IMG/VR virus record: IMGVR_UViG_3300032295_002257
Span: 1 to 64,000 of that record
Length of the DNA stretch: 64,000 bases
Source of the DNA: a virus
Lineage: Duplodnaviria; Caudoviricetes
Strand: one strand, 5' to 3'
Shown here: positions 8,262 through 18,367 of the stretch, one piece after another
Position numbering within the stretch: the stretch's first letter is position 1
Layout: every line of letters starts with the position of its first letter
Made by a program: the position numbers and the translations under genes
Notes under the pieces: model-generated
What the model was told of the DNA's origin: nothing
The model's database searches: none
The model's input: the letters and a program-made list of their open reading frames with translations, nothing else

Positions 8262-9848
8262 CTATATCCATTTTGATAAATCTTCCATTTCACCATTACC
8301 AAGCCTCATAGCCCATGGGTTACTATCCATATTAGACCCCCCATAGACACCATCAAATGTATTTGTTGCAATGCCACTCAACGCCTGTTTTGTTAAACTG
8401 ATACCTTGCTGTTTCAATCTAAGAGCCGTATCTCTAACCCACAATCCAATTGCAAATGCCATTACCAAGTCATCATTATAACCTCTCATAGCCTCTGCTC
8501 TACCATTATGAAATATGAAAGTAAACAACTCATCGATTAAACGAGTAGAACGAACTACAATTGATTTTTCTCTAAAATATTCATCTAATTTAGATATAAT
8601 CAAAGGACGTGTTTTAGAGGTGGTTGAAAACCCAGCTATCAATCCTTTCTCTTCTGCTCTATATCTATTTGACATTTGATGTTCAACATCTACATATTTT
8701 AAATCCTTACTCATATAGAATAAGTTTTTATATCCTCTATCAATTACTTGTTGAATACAAGCCCATCCAATGTTTGCATTCTCTATTACAAGCAATGCAT
8801 CATTATATTCGGTTGAAAGAGATACTAAAAAGTTACCAAAATCTTTAGTTTCAATTTTTCCTTTATATTCAGCAACTTGAGTTGAACTATCTATATCGAT
8901 AACGTGGGCAGTTGAAAAGTCAGCTCCATCACCTCTGGCAACGTCCGCTACAACCATATATGATTTGTTAAAATCAGGGTATTCCCATTTCCAAAGATTA
9001 CTATCAATATATCCTTTTTCTACCGGAGTTTGACAATATGTTTCTTTGTAGAACATTAAAGTTTCCGGGTCTATTACGGTATCACCTGAAGATATAAAGT
9101 CACAATCACACTCTTGTGCTGCAATTTTAATACCTAACAATTTAGTTTGTTCATCTCTCCAAGTTTGGTCTCTTTCAGGGTGAACTGTCCAATGTAAACT
9201 GATTGGATTGAATGGATTTTTACCTTCTTCAGAACCTACCCATGTTTTATGAAACCAATTACCCACACCATTTGGGGTAGAAAGGGCGATACAACTACCA
9301 CCCGTTGAAAGAGTAGATTGAGCAGATGCCCAAATATCATCGATATCATCAATGAAGGCGGCCTCATCAAATATAAGAAGTGATAAGGCTTCAGAACGTC
9401 CTGCATCAGGAGAACTAGCAATAGCCTTAATTTGAGAACCATTATGTAAACGAAGGGAAAGTTTGTTATCTTCTAAAGAACCACCCTTAAGCCAACTAGG
9501 AAGTAATTCATGCATTACTCTAACCTTAGTTACCAAGTTCTTTGCTACTTCTTGTTTGGTTGCAATAACCAACACATTAAAGTCTGAGTTGAACAACATC
9601 TTCCACAAAGAATATCCCGCCGATAGAGTTGATATACCAGTTTGACGAGATTTTAGAACTATATTAAAACGATTAGCTGCAAGTTGTGTTAGAGTTTTTT
9701 CCTGAAATGGGAAAAGGTGAAAAGGAATTTTACCTCTAGTTGGGTGCTGAATCATACAATACTTTCTCATAAAGTATATAGGGTCAGTTGCACACCTTTT
9801 ATACTCTTCAGCTATTATTTCCTTTAAACTCTTCTTTTGAACAGCCAT
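8262..9848 (-). CDS. terL: Terminase large subunit (T4 gp17-like)
   Basis: LFPFQEK Q-motif, Walker A VLKSRQTGIST, Walker B LLIFDEAAF, coupling motif STPNG, nuclease VADVARG and GYNDDLVMA. Confidence 0.95.
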   Translation of the reverse strand: MAVQKKSLKEIIAEEYKRCATDPIYFMRKYCMIQHPTRGKIPFHLFPFQEKTLTQLAANRFNIVLKSRQTGISTLSAGYSLWKMLFNSDFNVLVIATKQEVAKNLVTKVRVMHELLPSWLKGGSLEDNKLSLRLHNGSQIKAIASSPDAGRSEALSLLIFDEAAFIDDIDDIWASAQSTLSTGGSCIALSTPNGVGNWFHKTWVGSEEGKNPFNPISLHWTVHPERDQTWRDEQTKLLGIKIAAQECDCDFISSGDTVIDPETLMFYKETYCQTPVEKGYIDSNLWKWEYPDFNKSYMVVADVARGDGADFSTAHVIDIDSSTQVAEYKGKIETKDFGNFLVSLSTEYNDALLVIENANIGWACIQQVIDRGYKNLFYMSKDLKYVDVEHQMSNRYRAEEKGLIAGFSTTSKTRPLIISKLDEYFREKSIVVRSTRLIDELFTFIFHNGRAEAMRGYNDDLVMAFAIGLWVRDTALRLKQQGISLTKQALSGIATNTFDGVYGGSNMDSNPWAMRLGNGEMEDLSKWI

Positions 9849-9850
9849 AA

Positions 9851-10534
9851 TTAATTATTTGGTGCCGTAACTAAATCGTAGTTTTTATCTTTTAATAATT
9901 CCCAAGCACCATCTCTTAACTTAACGGCTTCTTGTATTTCTGATTCGTATCTTTCAATATCTGCCAAAATTTCAGCTTTTAATTCATCAATATCCTTTTC
10001 CATTCTCCACATTTCAATTTTACCATCTTCACCAACAACCTCATATTCTTGCTTAGCATCCGAATGGGCTTGCTTAAATTTTGCAACCACATCCATACCA
10101 TGAGCAATCATATTTGAAGTTATTTTATATGTTTCGTAAGCCTCCCATAATCCATCATCTTTTATTTCAAATTCTTTTTTAGCTAAACATCGTGTGCAAT
10201 AACCAGTTTTGGAAATAAGTTTTTTATCAACTCTACCATACTTTATTGTTTTACAATCCGATGATTTACAAGTATTTAGTTTATTTAAATACTGTCTAAC
10301 TTCTTGCATTGTATCTGATAAATCTGATACTTTCATTTTACCAAATTCTTTTTGTTCCCAAGTATCTCCCTTTGAATCAGTCCATCTATCACCAACTTTT
10401 CTACTTACATTAGCTTCTTCAGCACCTGCAAAAGATACAAACGTATCCTTTTCATATTCTTGTCCATGTAACACCATATCAACCAACTTTCTACGTGTTG
10501 GATGCATGAATTTTTTATTAAACTCTTTAGCCAT
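9851..10534 (-). CDS. Hypothetical protein with putative Zn-binding cysteines
   Basis: 227-aa ORF with CKSSDC and CTRC; RKVGDRWTDSKGDTWEQK motif; directly upstream of terL. Confidence 0.6.
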   Translation of the reverse strand: MAKEFNKKFMHPTRRKLVDMVLHGQEYEKDTFVSFAGAEEANVSRKVGDRWTDSKGDTWEQKEFGKMKVSDLSDTMQEVRQYLNKLNTCKSSDCKTIKYGRVDKKLISKTGYCTRCLAKKEFEIKDDGLWEAYETYKITSNMIAHGMDVVAKFKQAHSDAKQEYEVVGEDGKIEMWRMEKDIDELKAEILADIERYESEIQEAVKLRDGAWELLKDKNYDLVTAPNN

Positions 10535-10551
10535 AAATTATTGTTTATATA

Positions 10552-10560
10552 TATAAATAT
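10552..10560 (-). promoter_or_regulatory. Putative late promoter motif ATATTTATA
   Basis: Intergenic, 18 nt upstream of the start at 10534. Confidence 0.55.
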
Positions 10561-10589
10561 ATATAACTTTAGTTTTCAGAAATTTTTTA

Positions 10590-13500
10590 CTAATAGAACA
10601 ATCCCAGTATTTGGTTCAATGGGGCGAAAGCGCCAGTCAATTTATAAGTGTTCCCATTATATACAAATACAATACCTTCGTTTGGAACAATCTTATCAAA
10701 CCCACCCAATGCTTCTAATCTTTGTAATTCTAATTTAAGTTTTTCTACTTTTTTAGGGTCTCCAGCTTTTTTAACATCAGCGATAGTTTGGTTTAATCTA
10801 GTCAACATTTGTTTGGTTGCTTCCGCTGGATTTGCGGTTAATACCGATTGCATAAATGAAAGAACATCTGCACCTACACCTAAAAATATTTCTTCGAATT
10901 TCATTAGGTTTTCTTTTGCTATTTTAGCTTGGTCTTTTTTATCAACACCATCAGCCCAAGTTCTTATCTTCTCATCGGTTATAGTTGCAATTCGGAAACT
11001 TTTATCTCCAAAAGCCCATCTTTTAACTAATGCAATCTTTTGTTGAGCATCTAAATTTTTTGCATTCTTTTCCACAAAATCAGTCCACCAAGCCTGATGA
11101 TATTCCCCCACACCATCACTGTCTGATAATCCAAACTCACTTTGGAGTTTAGAAATCATACCCATATATTTGGGTTGTAATTTAGAAAGATCTTCATTCT
11201 TTGGTAATTTTTGCATTGGCGGTCCTTGTATCGTATATTTCGATTGAACATGCTGATTTACTTGCTTAATCATTCCCGCTAATGTCTTAGCTGCCTGCTG
11301 GTCTTCTCCGATTGCAACACCCTCTTCATTATACTCCATTGTTCCGTGGAATACTAACAAAGGTTGGTTGTATGGGATTACGTTTACCGAAGTTGGGTAT
11401 ATTACTTCCAAATTCATAAAACAAGCACCATCTTTAAATATCTTTTTCTTTTGTGGTTCTGATAGTGAACCAATTGCTTTTGATAAATCACTCATAGCAA
11501 AGTTGTAAGCATCGGTTAATCCACCTCTACCAGCAAACTTATCTGCTACCTGTCCTATTGTCATAGCACCCTCACCTTTGTTCTTTAAGTGTGATTTGTT
11601 ACGAGCTGCTACTAATCTACCATTTATCCAACTAATTGCCAATGCCTGCCCATCTGTCTTTTCTCTTGCTACATCTAAATCTCCAGTAAGTGCTTTTTTA
11701 ACTATATTTTTTAAATCTCCAAATGTAAGATTCATTTCAACATCAAACGGATGTGCCATATGTCCATAAGCCCCACCTTCAGTTAGTAGTGATTCATTTA
11801 CTTTACCCGTATCGGTTTTGAAGAAAGGGCCTCTTCTTACAGTTTTAAAATCTAAACTCATTTCGTTTCCAAAAATATCTTTTGGAGAAATAATCTTTAA
11901 TCTAATTGTTCCGTTTTTGTTATCAACACCTAAAGTTTCAAACTCAATTTGAGAATACTTTTTACCTTTATATCCTAAATTCTTACCAGTAATAAATTTA
12001 TGAACCTTCCCACCACTTATCGCTTGAGCTTCTTCTAAATCTTTTAAATCATCATCACTCATTCCTAATCCTCTGTGGTTAACAGCAGGATATGTATGTA
12101 GTGTATTAAATCTAACATATTCATTTATACCCTTATATGATACATTTGGATATTCTTTGGTTACCTTAAGTAAATCTTTTATACCCAAATCGACTTCAAT
12201 AGTTTTTAATTTAAAATTCTTATCGATATTATATAAAGCAACAACTCTATGATGTCCATCTAATATATAACCATCTTTAGATATAATAACAGGTTTTGCT
12301 AAATTAGATCTATCAGTTCCCAATAAACTCTTTACTTTATCTAAGTTTATTTCTTTTTGAGTCATTCCAACCTTAGATACATTTATAGTTTTAGCAGAAA
12401 CCTTAACGCCTACCTCTTTTAAAAATTCCAAATAATCTTTTATATCTTTTGAATTGATTTGAGGCATTTGAGCTCTGTTAACACCTAATGATTTTGATAT
12501 TGTTACCACATCTACATCATTACTTTCAAATTTATATATCTGATTTGATGTTTTATAATCATCATTTCTCATTATAGTTTTTGCAATAAGTTTATTAGCT
12601 TTTTGCATAAACGGGATATTGATATTAGTTCTTTTATCTTTTGCTACTAACTCACCATATTGTTTTAAAAAATCTACAAACTTATTTTTATTCTTTCCCA
12701 ATCTTTTAAAGAATCCAGTAAGTTCTGCTGCTGATATTTCTTTTCCGTTTCTAGGGTCAGTTAATCTATCGAAGAAATGCTTATCAGTAATAACAACATC
12801 CATTGGATTTAATTGCTTATCAGCATATTTGTCAATTTGCTGTAAATCATCCATAGGGATTTCATTAATTACTGATTCGTTATTAAAAATATTTACTCTT
12901 TTAATTATTCTAAAAGTTGCTACTTTCTTACCATTGATTGTTGGCATCCCATGCTCATCTTTACCAATTGATTTTACAACTGTTTTTTTGTTTTTGAATT
13001 TACCCATTAAAATAGTATCACCTATTTCAACATCTAATTTAATTTCTTCATTTACTTTTTCTATAGATGCTAACTTTGTGTAATACTTTGGATCTTCAAA
13101 TAAATGGTCTAATGCTATTTCTTTTGCAACATTTGTATCGGATGTATGTTCTCTCTCTACTTTATATCCTTTCTTAAATTCATCAGTCAATTCACCAATA
13201 GAAACATTATGTTTTTTTGCAATATCACTCAATGATAATTTATCAGCTAACCCACCTTCAATTTCCTCATCAATCTTTTCATAGTAATTGTCTTGAGCAT
13301 CCATCTTTTTTCTCAACACATCTCTTTCTTTTTGTTTTTGAGCTAATTGCTCTTTAGATGGGTATCCCATTGCTAATCCCAAAGCCTCTGACATTTCATT
13401 AGCTATTTCATTTATTTCTTGATTTGAAATAATTTGGTCTTGAGATTCAGTCATTTCCCAATATCTTTTTTCTTTTTTAATAATATTGTTTTTCTTAGGT

Positions 13501-14411
13501 TTTATGGATTTCCACTTATCAACACCTTCAGGTTTTTCAGCAGTTTTTAATGTGCTAGCTTCTACATTTTTAATTTTGTAGTAAACCTTTCTAAATTGAG
13601 AGTCGGTATCTTTACTTTTACCTTTACCTCTCATAAAATCACCTTTTGGTTTATCCAATTGTTTATAACCACCTTGCGTAAACCAAGGTTCAGGTTTACC
13701 ACCATTCAATACTCTCTTCTGTCCATCGGATACATATCCCGTTTCAGGCTCACCCTCACCTTCACCACCATTTGCATTTACTGATGTTTCTGTTATAAAT
13801 GATTCTTTTAAACTATCTAATTTTTTAGTTATTAAATCAAATATAGTTTTATCAAATTTAGGATAAACTTTAGTAAACAATTTCTTTCTTTCTTCAGTTT
13901 CACCATTACCCAACCAATTACGAACATCCGTTCCACTAATTGGATTTGGCTGAGCAGGAGATGCGTAAACGTATCCTTTATCCATATACCCAGCATCAAC
14001 ACTACCTTTGTATGGAGTAAAGTATTTACCACCTAATCTTTGCTCATCTTTTTCACCAACTACAGTAATCAGAGCCGTTGTATCTTCATCGTAGTTTTTT
14101 AGGATTTCCAATGGTGCATACGGATTTTTAACCTGAACTATTTTGTTTGGTGAAATTCCAAACATTTTAGTCATTATGGTTTTCTTTTCCTTAAAATTAA
14201 ATGGAGATTTTTGGTTATCAGTTTTATCCGAAGTTCCTATATAAACATTATCTTTTCCGAATTTTTTAACCAAATGTTCATAAGTTGCGTAGTGACCTTT
14301 GTGAAATGGTTGGAATCTACCTGAATATACTACAACATAATCGGTTACCTTTTCGGATTCCTTTAACAATTCCTCTACTAAATATTCTGAAAGTTGACTC
14401 ATTATTATCAA
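10590..14411 (-). CDS. Multidomain polyprotein: HIGH-family nucleotidyltransferase, DUF5661-like, SH3-like, ParB-like and KxDG ligase-like domains (start may be 14402)
   Basis: SGRFQPFHKGH; KGYKVEREHT...EIALDHLFEDPKYYTKL; EIGDTILMGKFKNKK; KPVIISKDGYILDGHHR; EGGAYGHMAHPF...REKTDGQ. Domains are joined by ITE, KVNE, ESVINE, GINE and ESLLTE linkers. Confidence 0.75.
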   Translation of the reverse strand: MIIMSQLSEYLVEELLKESEKVTDYVVVYSGRFQPFHKGHYATYEHLVKKFGKDNVYIGTSDKTDNQKSPFNFKEKKTIMTKMFGISPNKIVQVKNPYAPLEILKNYDEDTTALITVVGEKDEQRLGGKYFTPYKGSVDAGYMDKGYVYASPAQPNPISGTDVRNWLGNGETEERKKLFTKVYPKFDKTIFDLITKKLDSLKESFITETSVNANGGEGEGEPETGYVSDGQKRVLNGGKPEPWFTQGGYKQLDKPKGDFMRGKGKSKDTDSQFRKVYYKIKNVEASTLKTAEKPEGVDKWKSIKPKKNNIIKKEKRYWEMTESQDQIISNQEINEIANEMSEALGLAMGYPSKEQLAQKQKERDVLRKKMDAQDNYYEKIDEEIEGGLADKLSLSDIAKKHNVSIGELTDEFKKGYKVEREHTSDTNVAKEIALDHLFEDPKYYTKLASIEKVNEEIKLDVEIGDTILMGKFKNKKTVVKSIGKDEHGMPTINGKKVATFRIIKRVNIFNNESVINEIPMDDLQQIDKYADKQLNPMDVVITDKHFFDRLTDPRNGKEISAAELTGFFKRLGKNKNKFVDFLKQYGELVAKDKRTNINIPFMQKANKLIAKTIMRNDDYKTSNQIYKFESNDVDVVTISKSLGVNRAQMPQINSKDIKDYLEFLKEVGVKVSAKTINVSKVGMTQKEINLDKVKSLLGTDRSNLAKPVIISKDGYILDGHHRVVALYNIDKNFKLKTIEVDLGIKDLLKVTKEYPNVSYKGINEYVRFNTLHTYPAVNHRGLGMSDDDLKDLEEAQAISGGKVHKFITGKNLGYKGKKYSQIEFETLGVDNKNGTIRLKIISPKDIFGNEMSLDFKTVRRGPFFKTDTGKVNESLLTEGGAYGHMAHPFDVEMNLTFGDLKNIVKKALTGDLDVAREKTDGQALAISWINGRLVAARNKSHLKNKGEGAMTIGQVADKFAGRGGLTDAYNFAMSDLSKAIGSLSEPQKKKIFKDGACFMNLEVIYPTSVNVIPYNQPLLVFHGTMEYNEEGVAIGEDQQAAKTLAGMIKQVNQHVQSKYTIQGPPMQKLPKNEDLSKLQPKYMGMISKLQSEFGLSDSDGVGEYHQAWWTDFVEKNAKNLDAQQKIALVKRWAFGDKSFRIATITDEKIRTWADGVDKKDQAKIAKENLMKFEEIFLGVGADVLSFMQSVLTANPAEATKQMLTRLNQTIADVKKAGDPKKVEKLKLELQRLEALGGFDKIVPNEGIVFVYNGNTYKLTGAFAPLNQILGLFY

Positions 14412-14428
14412 TATAATTTCTTATACTG

Positions 14429-14437
14429 TATAAATAT
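14429..14437 (-). promoter_or_regulatory. Putative late promoter motif ATATTTATA
   Basis: Intergenic, upstream of the 1273-aa gene. Confidence 0.55.
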
Positions 14438-14442
14438 AACCT

Positions 14443-15192
14443 TTATTTTAAATCGGAATAAACCGTAACCCCTTTTTGGAGAACCACCTGCCCAGCAGCT
14501 TGATTTGCAAATGTAATTGCTTTTTCAACATCTTTGGTTGAAATATATTCTTTTGTGAATCCCGCAACAAATGTATCACCAGCTCCACATATATCGATAG
14601 GTTCATCAGTTGTAGCCGGATATACCTTTCCATTATGGGTTGCACCATCTTTATCCATAGTTGCTACGATTTTACCAACTAAATCATGTTCAGCTATTGA
14701 TATTAGATTATTATTACATTCCGTTCGGTTTACTTTTATAAATGTAATATCCCTACACCAACTACCCAACTTCTTTTTGGTATCCAAAATAACCAAATTA
14801 TGTAAAGAACCGATTTTAGCTATATCATCTTCCGTAAGAAATCCTTTACAATAATCAGAAATAACCACTGCTTTATACTTAGATAAATCAGGTAAATTAT
14901 CCATATTTATCCTATCTACATAATCGTGGTCATCTACTCTCAAATACAATTCATTTGTAGTTTCATCAATATAACGAGTTTTTGTTATATTTCCGGTATC
15001 AGTAAGTATATCTACATCAACTCCCATTGCTCCCAAATTATTAGCAGTATTTGCAACCATACCCGCACTATACTTTTCATATAGTGGTTTGAAAACAGGA
15101 GCGTTCCCTTCAGGTGATTTTCTTTCAGAAACCCCATACACTAATACATCAGTGCAATTTTCACCAATAACCAATACTTTAATATCTTCCAT
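14443..15192 (-). CDS. D-glycero-manno-heptose-7-phosphate kinase (HldE/RfaE domain I, PfkB family)
   Basis: VLVIGE, RKSPEGNAPV, TKTRY, SDYCKGFL, DICGAGDTF and FANQAAGQVV parallel RfaE1 (RISPEAPVPV, SDYAKG, DVTGAGDT, ANAAAGVVV). Confidence 0.85.
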   Translation of the reverse strand: MEDIKVLVIGENCTDVLVYGVSERKSPEGNAPVFKPLYEKYSAGMVANTANNLGAMGVDVDILTDTGNITKTRYIDETTNELYLRVDDHDYVDRINMDNLPDLSKYKAVVISDYCKGFLTEDDIAKIGSLHNLVILDTKKKLGSWCRDITFIKVNRTECNNNLISIAEHDLVGKIVATMDKDGATHNGKVYPATTDEPIDICGAGDTFVAGFTKEYISTKDVEKAITFANQAAGQVVLQKGVTVYSDLK

Positions 15193-16337
15193 TATAAAAA
15201 CTTCTTAAGTTCGTTTATAACCATTTCTGAGGTTATTGTTTTTGTACATTCAAATTGTCTTTGTGTTCCTTTGTGGTCCGGGCACCAATTCCAATCGCCA
15301 CCATCTAATTTTATTCTATTAAAACACCCCTCACATTTGCCTGTTGATGCACCTATTCTAACACAATCTCTCATTTCAGCCCACTTATATGAGAACCCAC
15401 TTATCAATACGGTCTTAACTCCCAATCCCCAACTTAACCAACTCAAACCACTACCTATACCAATAAATGCTTCAGATTTTAGCATCTCATCAATTACCCC
15501 ACTAATTGGTCCATTTGGTAATTGAGTTACTCCTTTAGGGTGAGAATTACCCATATAACCATCACCCTCTTTAGATACCAATTTAACTTCATATCCTTTA
15601 CCTTTTAACCAATCAACCACATCCTGCCACCCAGTTGGGTTGTTCCAATATTTTGTTTGTGCAGTTCCGTGAATCGCAATTGTAACTTGTTTGTTAGCCG
15701 GCTTTTGGACTTGTGAGTGCTTTATTTTTGGTCTTACCTCTCTATAAGTTAAACCCAATATATCCGTGCACATTTTTTGCATTGGTTGGGTTTTAGGGTC
15801 TGTTGGATTTTTGTATAAATCTATTTTACCATCTTCTTTATAGAACAATCCCAAAGAATACATAGCGTATAAATTATCAACGCCTGTTCCAGGTGATACA
15901 AATTCAATTTCTGGATATTGTTCTACAAACAAATCATTCATAAATGTAGAACATATAACTTGACATTTATGCTTTTTTCTGAACTCATTGATGTATGGAA
16001 TCCAAGACATTGTATCACCCAATGCTTTAGAATCAAATGCTATATACACTCTTTTATTTTCAGCATTGTAGGTATATGTTCTCCATAACTTACCATCCTC
16101 ATAAACTTCAATTCTCCATTCTATGAAATACTCCATAACACATTTAGTCCACATATTATTTTTAATAGTGGTTTCGTATGGAATTTCTCCAGTTCTATTA
16201 TTAATAAATTTAATATTATAACTAGCTTCTTTACCTCCTAATACTTCTACAGTAGCCCCTTTTATAAAATTAACTTTAAAAGTATTTTCAGGCTCTACTA
16301 TATTATTTTCATTTTTAACTATACCATCGTATATCAT
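15192..16337 (-). CDS. Autotransporter-type protein O-heptosyltransferase (TibC/Aah, BAHT family)
   Basis: ALGDTMSWIPY, KYWNNPTGW, FIGIGSGLSWLSW, LISGF, and the four-Cys iron finger CEGC...WCPDH...RQFEC. The start is set at the ATGA overlap at 16337; the ORF track gives 16346. Confidence 0.85.
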   Translation of the reverse strand: MIYDGIVKNENNIVEPENTFKVNFIKGATVEVLGGKEASYNIKFINNRTGEIPYETTIKNNMWTKCVMEYFIEWRIEVYEDGKLWRTYTYNAENKRVYIAFDSKALGDTMSWIPYINEFRKKHKCQVICSTFMNDLFVEQYPEIEFVSPGTGVDNLYAMYSLGLFYKEDGKIDLYKNPTDPKTQPMQKMCTDILGLTYREVRPKIKHSQVQKPANKQVTIAIHGTAQTKYWNNPTGWQDVVDWLKGKGYEVKLVSKEGDGYMGNSHPKGVTQLPNGPISGVIDEMLKSEAFIGIGSGLSWLSWGLGVKTVLISGFSYKWAEMRDCVRIGASTGKCEGCFNRIKLDGGDWNWCPDHKGTQRQFECTKTITSEMVINELKKFL

Positions 16338-17989
16338 ACTTGCCAAGTTTTTATTGTATTATCTAGCAAAGAATATCCTTCAGCTTGATTACTATATAAT
16401 TTATTTGTAGTGTATCGTAATTCCTTATGGTGGTAAAATATATGATTAAACCAAAGGTCACCAACATCCCATTCACAATCTTTTATTCTATCGTTCCACC
16501 ATTCTCTATCTTTATTTCTAACTAAATACGCATGTGCTAAATCTTGGTTATGACCCGTCTTACTGAAGTGTTCATCTACTTGCTCTTTATATTGGGATGG
16601 GTTATTAGCAAAACTAAGAAAATACACATTATTCGATTCAGCTATTTCGCATGCCTTATAAACAATATCAACAAAGTCATCTACATTTGTATAAATGTAT
16701 GCATCTGCTTCGAACACTAATGTATAATCATAATCTCTATTTAAATTCTCAACAGCTGTTTTATGTGCTAAATAACAACCATAATGTTTACCCGTTATCC
16801 AACCCAATCCAGCACCAGGCCATAATTCACCAGGTTCATTAGTTGGACTTAAATGGTCAGGTCTACGGCAGTGTTCTTTTGGTGCAAAATCTTTATATAC
16901 TTCATTTACAATCGGAACATAATCCATACCATAACTTTCTAATTGTCTGATTGATTTCATACTCAATCTTTCTCTAGTTCCGTATGGAGTTGTTAACAAA
17001 TGTTTGATTTGTATTTTTGGAGTTGGCTTAAATCCCAATTTTAATTCAGGTTGTAGAATATTTAAAATCAATTGCTTAGTATTGATTGTATCATCATTGA
17101 TATAAGTTACCAATTGATTCGTATCATATGTATCTAAGTAAGTGTGTAATTTTCTAAAGATAGAAGGTAATCTATATGAAAGGGCTTCTTTAACCGATAA
17201 AGGATTTAATTCTAATTTAGAACTAAAATAAAACATATCAGCTGCCGCATAGAATTTCTCAACATCGTTTCGTTCACCCCAAACAATACAATTATCAGGT
17301 TTGTCTTTCATCAACGGGCCCCAGTAACTTTCAAAGTTTCCTGCCTGATTTCCTATGAAATGAAATTTAATTTTGTATTTGGATAATTCCTTTGCTATTT
17401 GAAATATTTCAGCTTGATTTTTACCAGGCGAAAATAATCCAACATTTAATACATGCTTCCAATCCGATTCGAATCCTAAATCTTTTTTAAATTTATTTTT
17501 ATCAAATGTATGATTTTCAATAGGATATTCCCAAACTGAAGTTTCTACATTAGTAGATTCAAATACTCTCCTACTCCATTCCGATACTAAAACATATCTA
17601 TCCGGATGATGCGTTATTTCATTTGGATTTGTAAACGAACCATGCGTAGTTACTACAATTTTGTAGTTTCTTTTTGAATTATCAAAAATTTTATCTAATA
17701 CTTCTTTTGATAAATCAAATTGCGGTATTTCGTGAAAATGAATAATATCAGGGTTAAATTTGTTTATAACATCTAATATTTTAGATTTATCATTTCCCAA
17801 AATATGTAAAGGAACTGAATTTCTTATTTTGTTCTTTTGAACTGCAAATTCCTCACCACCTACATTATTGATTTCAACAACTTCTATTTCAAAATCATTT
17901 TTAAAGGATTCTATTTGTTTATAGAGATATTGCGGTTGTCCGCCCGTTGATAGGTGCGGAGCTATATAGAGTAACTTTCGTTTTAACAT
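16334..17989 (-). CDS. Bifunctional glycosyltransferase (GT4-like N-terminus, GT25/GT-A-like C-terminus)
   Basis: HLSTGGQPQY, VGLFSPGKNQ and FYAAADMFYFSSKLELNPLSVKEALS (GT-B); HYGCYLAH, LVFEADA and AHAYLV (GT25-like). Confidence 0.8.
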   Translation of the reverse strand: MLKRKLLYIAPHLSTGGQPQYLYKQIESFKNDFEIEVVEINNVGGEEFAVQKNKIRNSVPLHILGNDKSKILDVINKFNPDIIHFHEIPQFDLSKEVLDKIFDNSKRNYKIVVTTHGSFTNPNEITHHPDRYVLVSEWSRRVFESTNVETSVWEYPIENHTFDKNKFKKDLGFESDWKHVLNVGLFSPGKNQAEIFQIAKELSKYKIKFHFIGNQAGNFESYWGPLMKDKPDNCIVWGERNDVEKFYAAADMFYFSSKLELNPLSVKEALSYRLPSIFRKLHTYLDTYDTNQLVTYINDDTINTKQLILNILQPELKLGFKPTPKIQIKHLLTTPYGTRERLSMKSIRQLESYGMDYVPIVNEVYKDFAPKEHCRRPDHLSPTNEPGELWPGAGLGWITGKHYGCYLAHKTAVENLNRDYDYTLVFEADAYIYTNVDDFVDIVYKACEIAESNNVYFLSFANNPSQYKEQVDEHFSKTGHNQDLAHAYLVRNKDREWWNDRIKDCEWDVGDLWFNHIFYHHKELRYTTNKLYSNQAEGYSLLDNTIKTWQV

Positions 17990-18005
17990 GGATATAACAA
18001 TTTAT

Positions 18006-18037
18006 CAAAGATACGAAAAAAATTCGAATTTACCAAA
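18006..18037 (-). promoter_or_regulatory. Bacteroidota-type sigma70 promoter
   Basis: TTTG-N20-TATCTTTG upstream of the GT/heptosyltransferase/kinase operon. Confidence 0.8.
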
Positions 18038-18038
18038 T

Positions 18039-18320
18039 TTATTCCGCTACATCAAAAACCACAACACCTTCAACTAAATCAATTTCACCCTTTGGATATG
18101 TAGTTTCTAATGCTTTCAATTCTTCTTTGATACCCGCTAAAGCCGCATCATACATTTCTAAAACATCTTTTTTTGCTTGACTTGTAGTTTGTAGTTCAGT
18201 TGTAACCTCTCTCAAACGAAGTTCGATTTCCCCTAACCCCAATACACAATCATTTGCTTTTGTTTGTAGTTCTCTTAATTTGGTTAATACCAATTCATCT
18301 AATTTTTCTTTCTTTTGCAT
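18039..18320 (-). CDS. Small coiled-coil protein, possible fibre assembly chaperone
   Basis: 93 aa with heptad pattern and C-terminal YPKGEIDLVEG; directly downstream of the tail fibre. Confidence 0.5.
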   Translation of the reverse strand: MQKKEKLDELVLTKLRELQTKANDCVLGLGEIELRLREVTTELQTTSQAKKDVLEMYDAALAGIKEELKALETTYPKGEIDLVEGVVVFDVAE

Positions 18321-18344
18321 TGTAAACTAGTTTTTATGTTCGTA

Positions 18345-18353
18345 TATAAATAT
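18345..18353 (-). promoter_or_regulatory. Putative late promoter motif ATATTTATA
   Basis: Intergenic, upstream of the start at 18320. Confidence 0.55.
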
Positions 18354-18367
18354 ATATTTTTTAAATA

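Noticed and set aside
8262-9848. Inteins or introns in terminase, primase or ThyA
   Set aside because: Lengths and motif order are continuous; the ThyA insertions are short loops without splicing motifs.
13800-14400. HIGH domain as the canonical HldE adenylyltransferase half
   Set aside because: The motif is SGRFQPFHKGH rather than the HldE-type NGCFDILHxGH, so it is kept only as a weak alternative.
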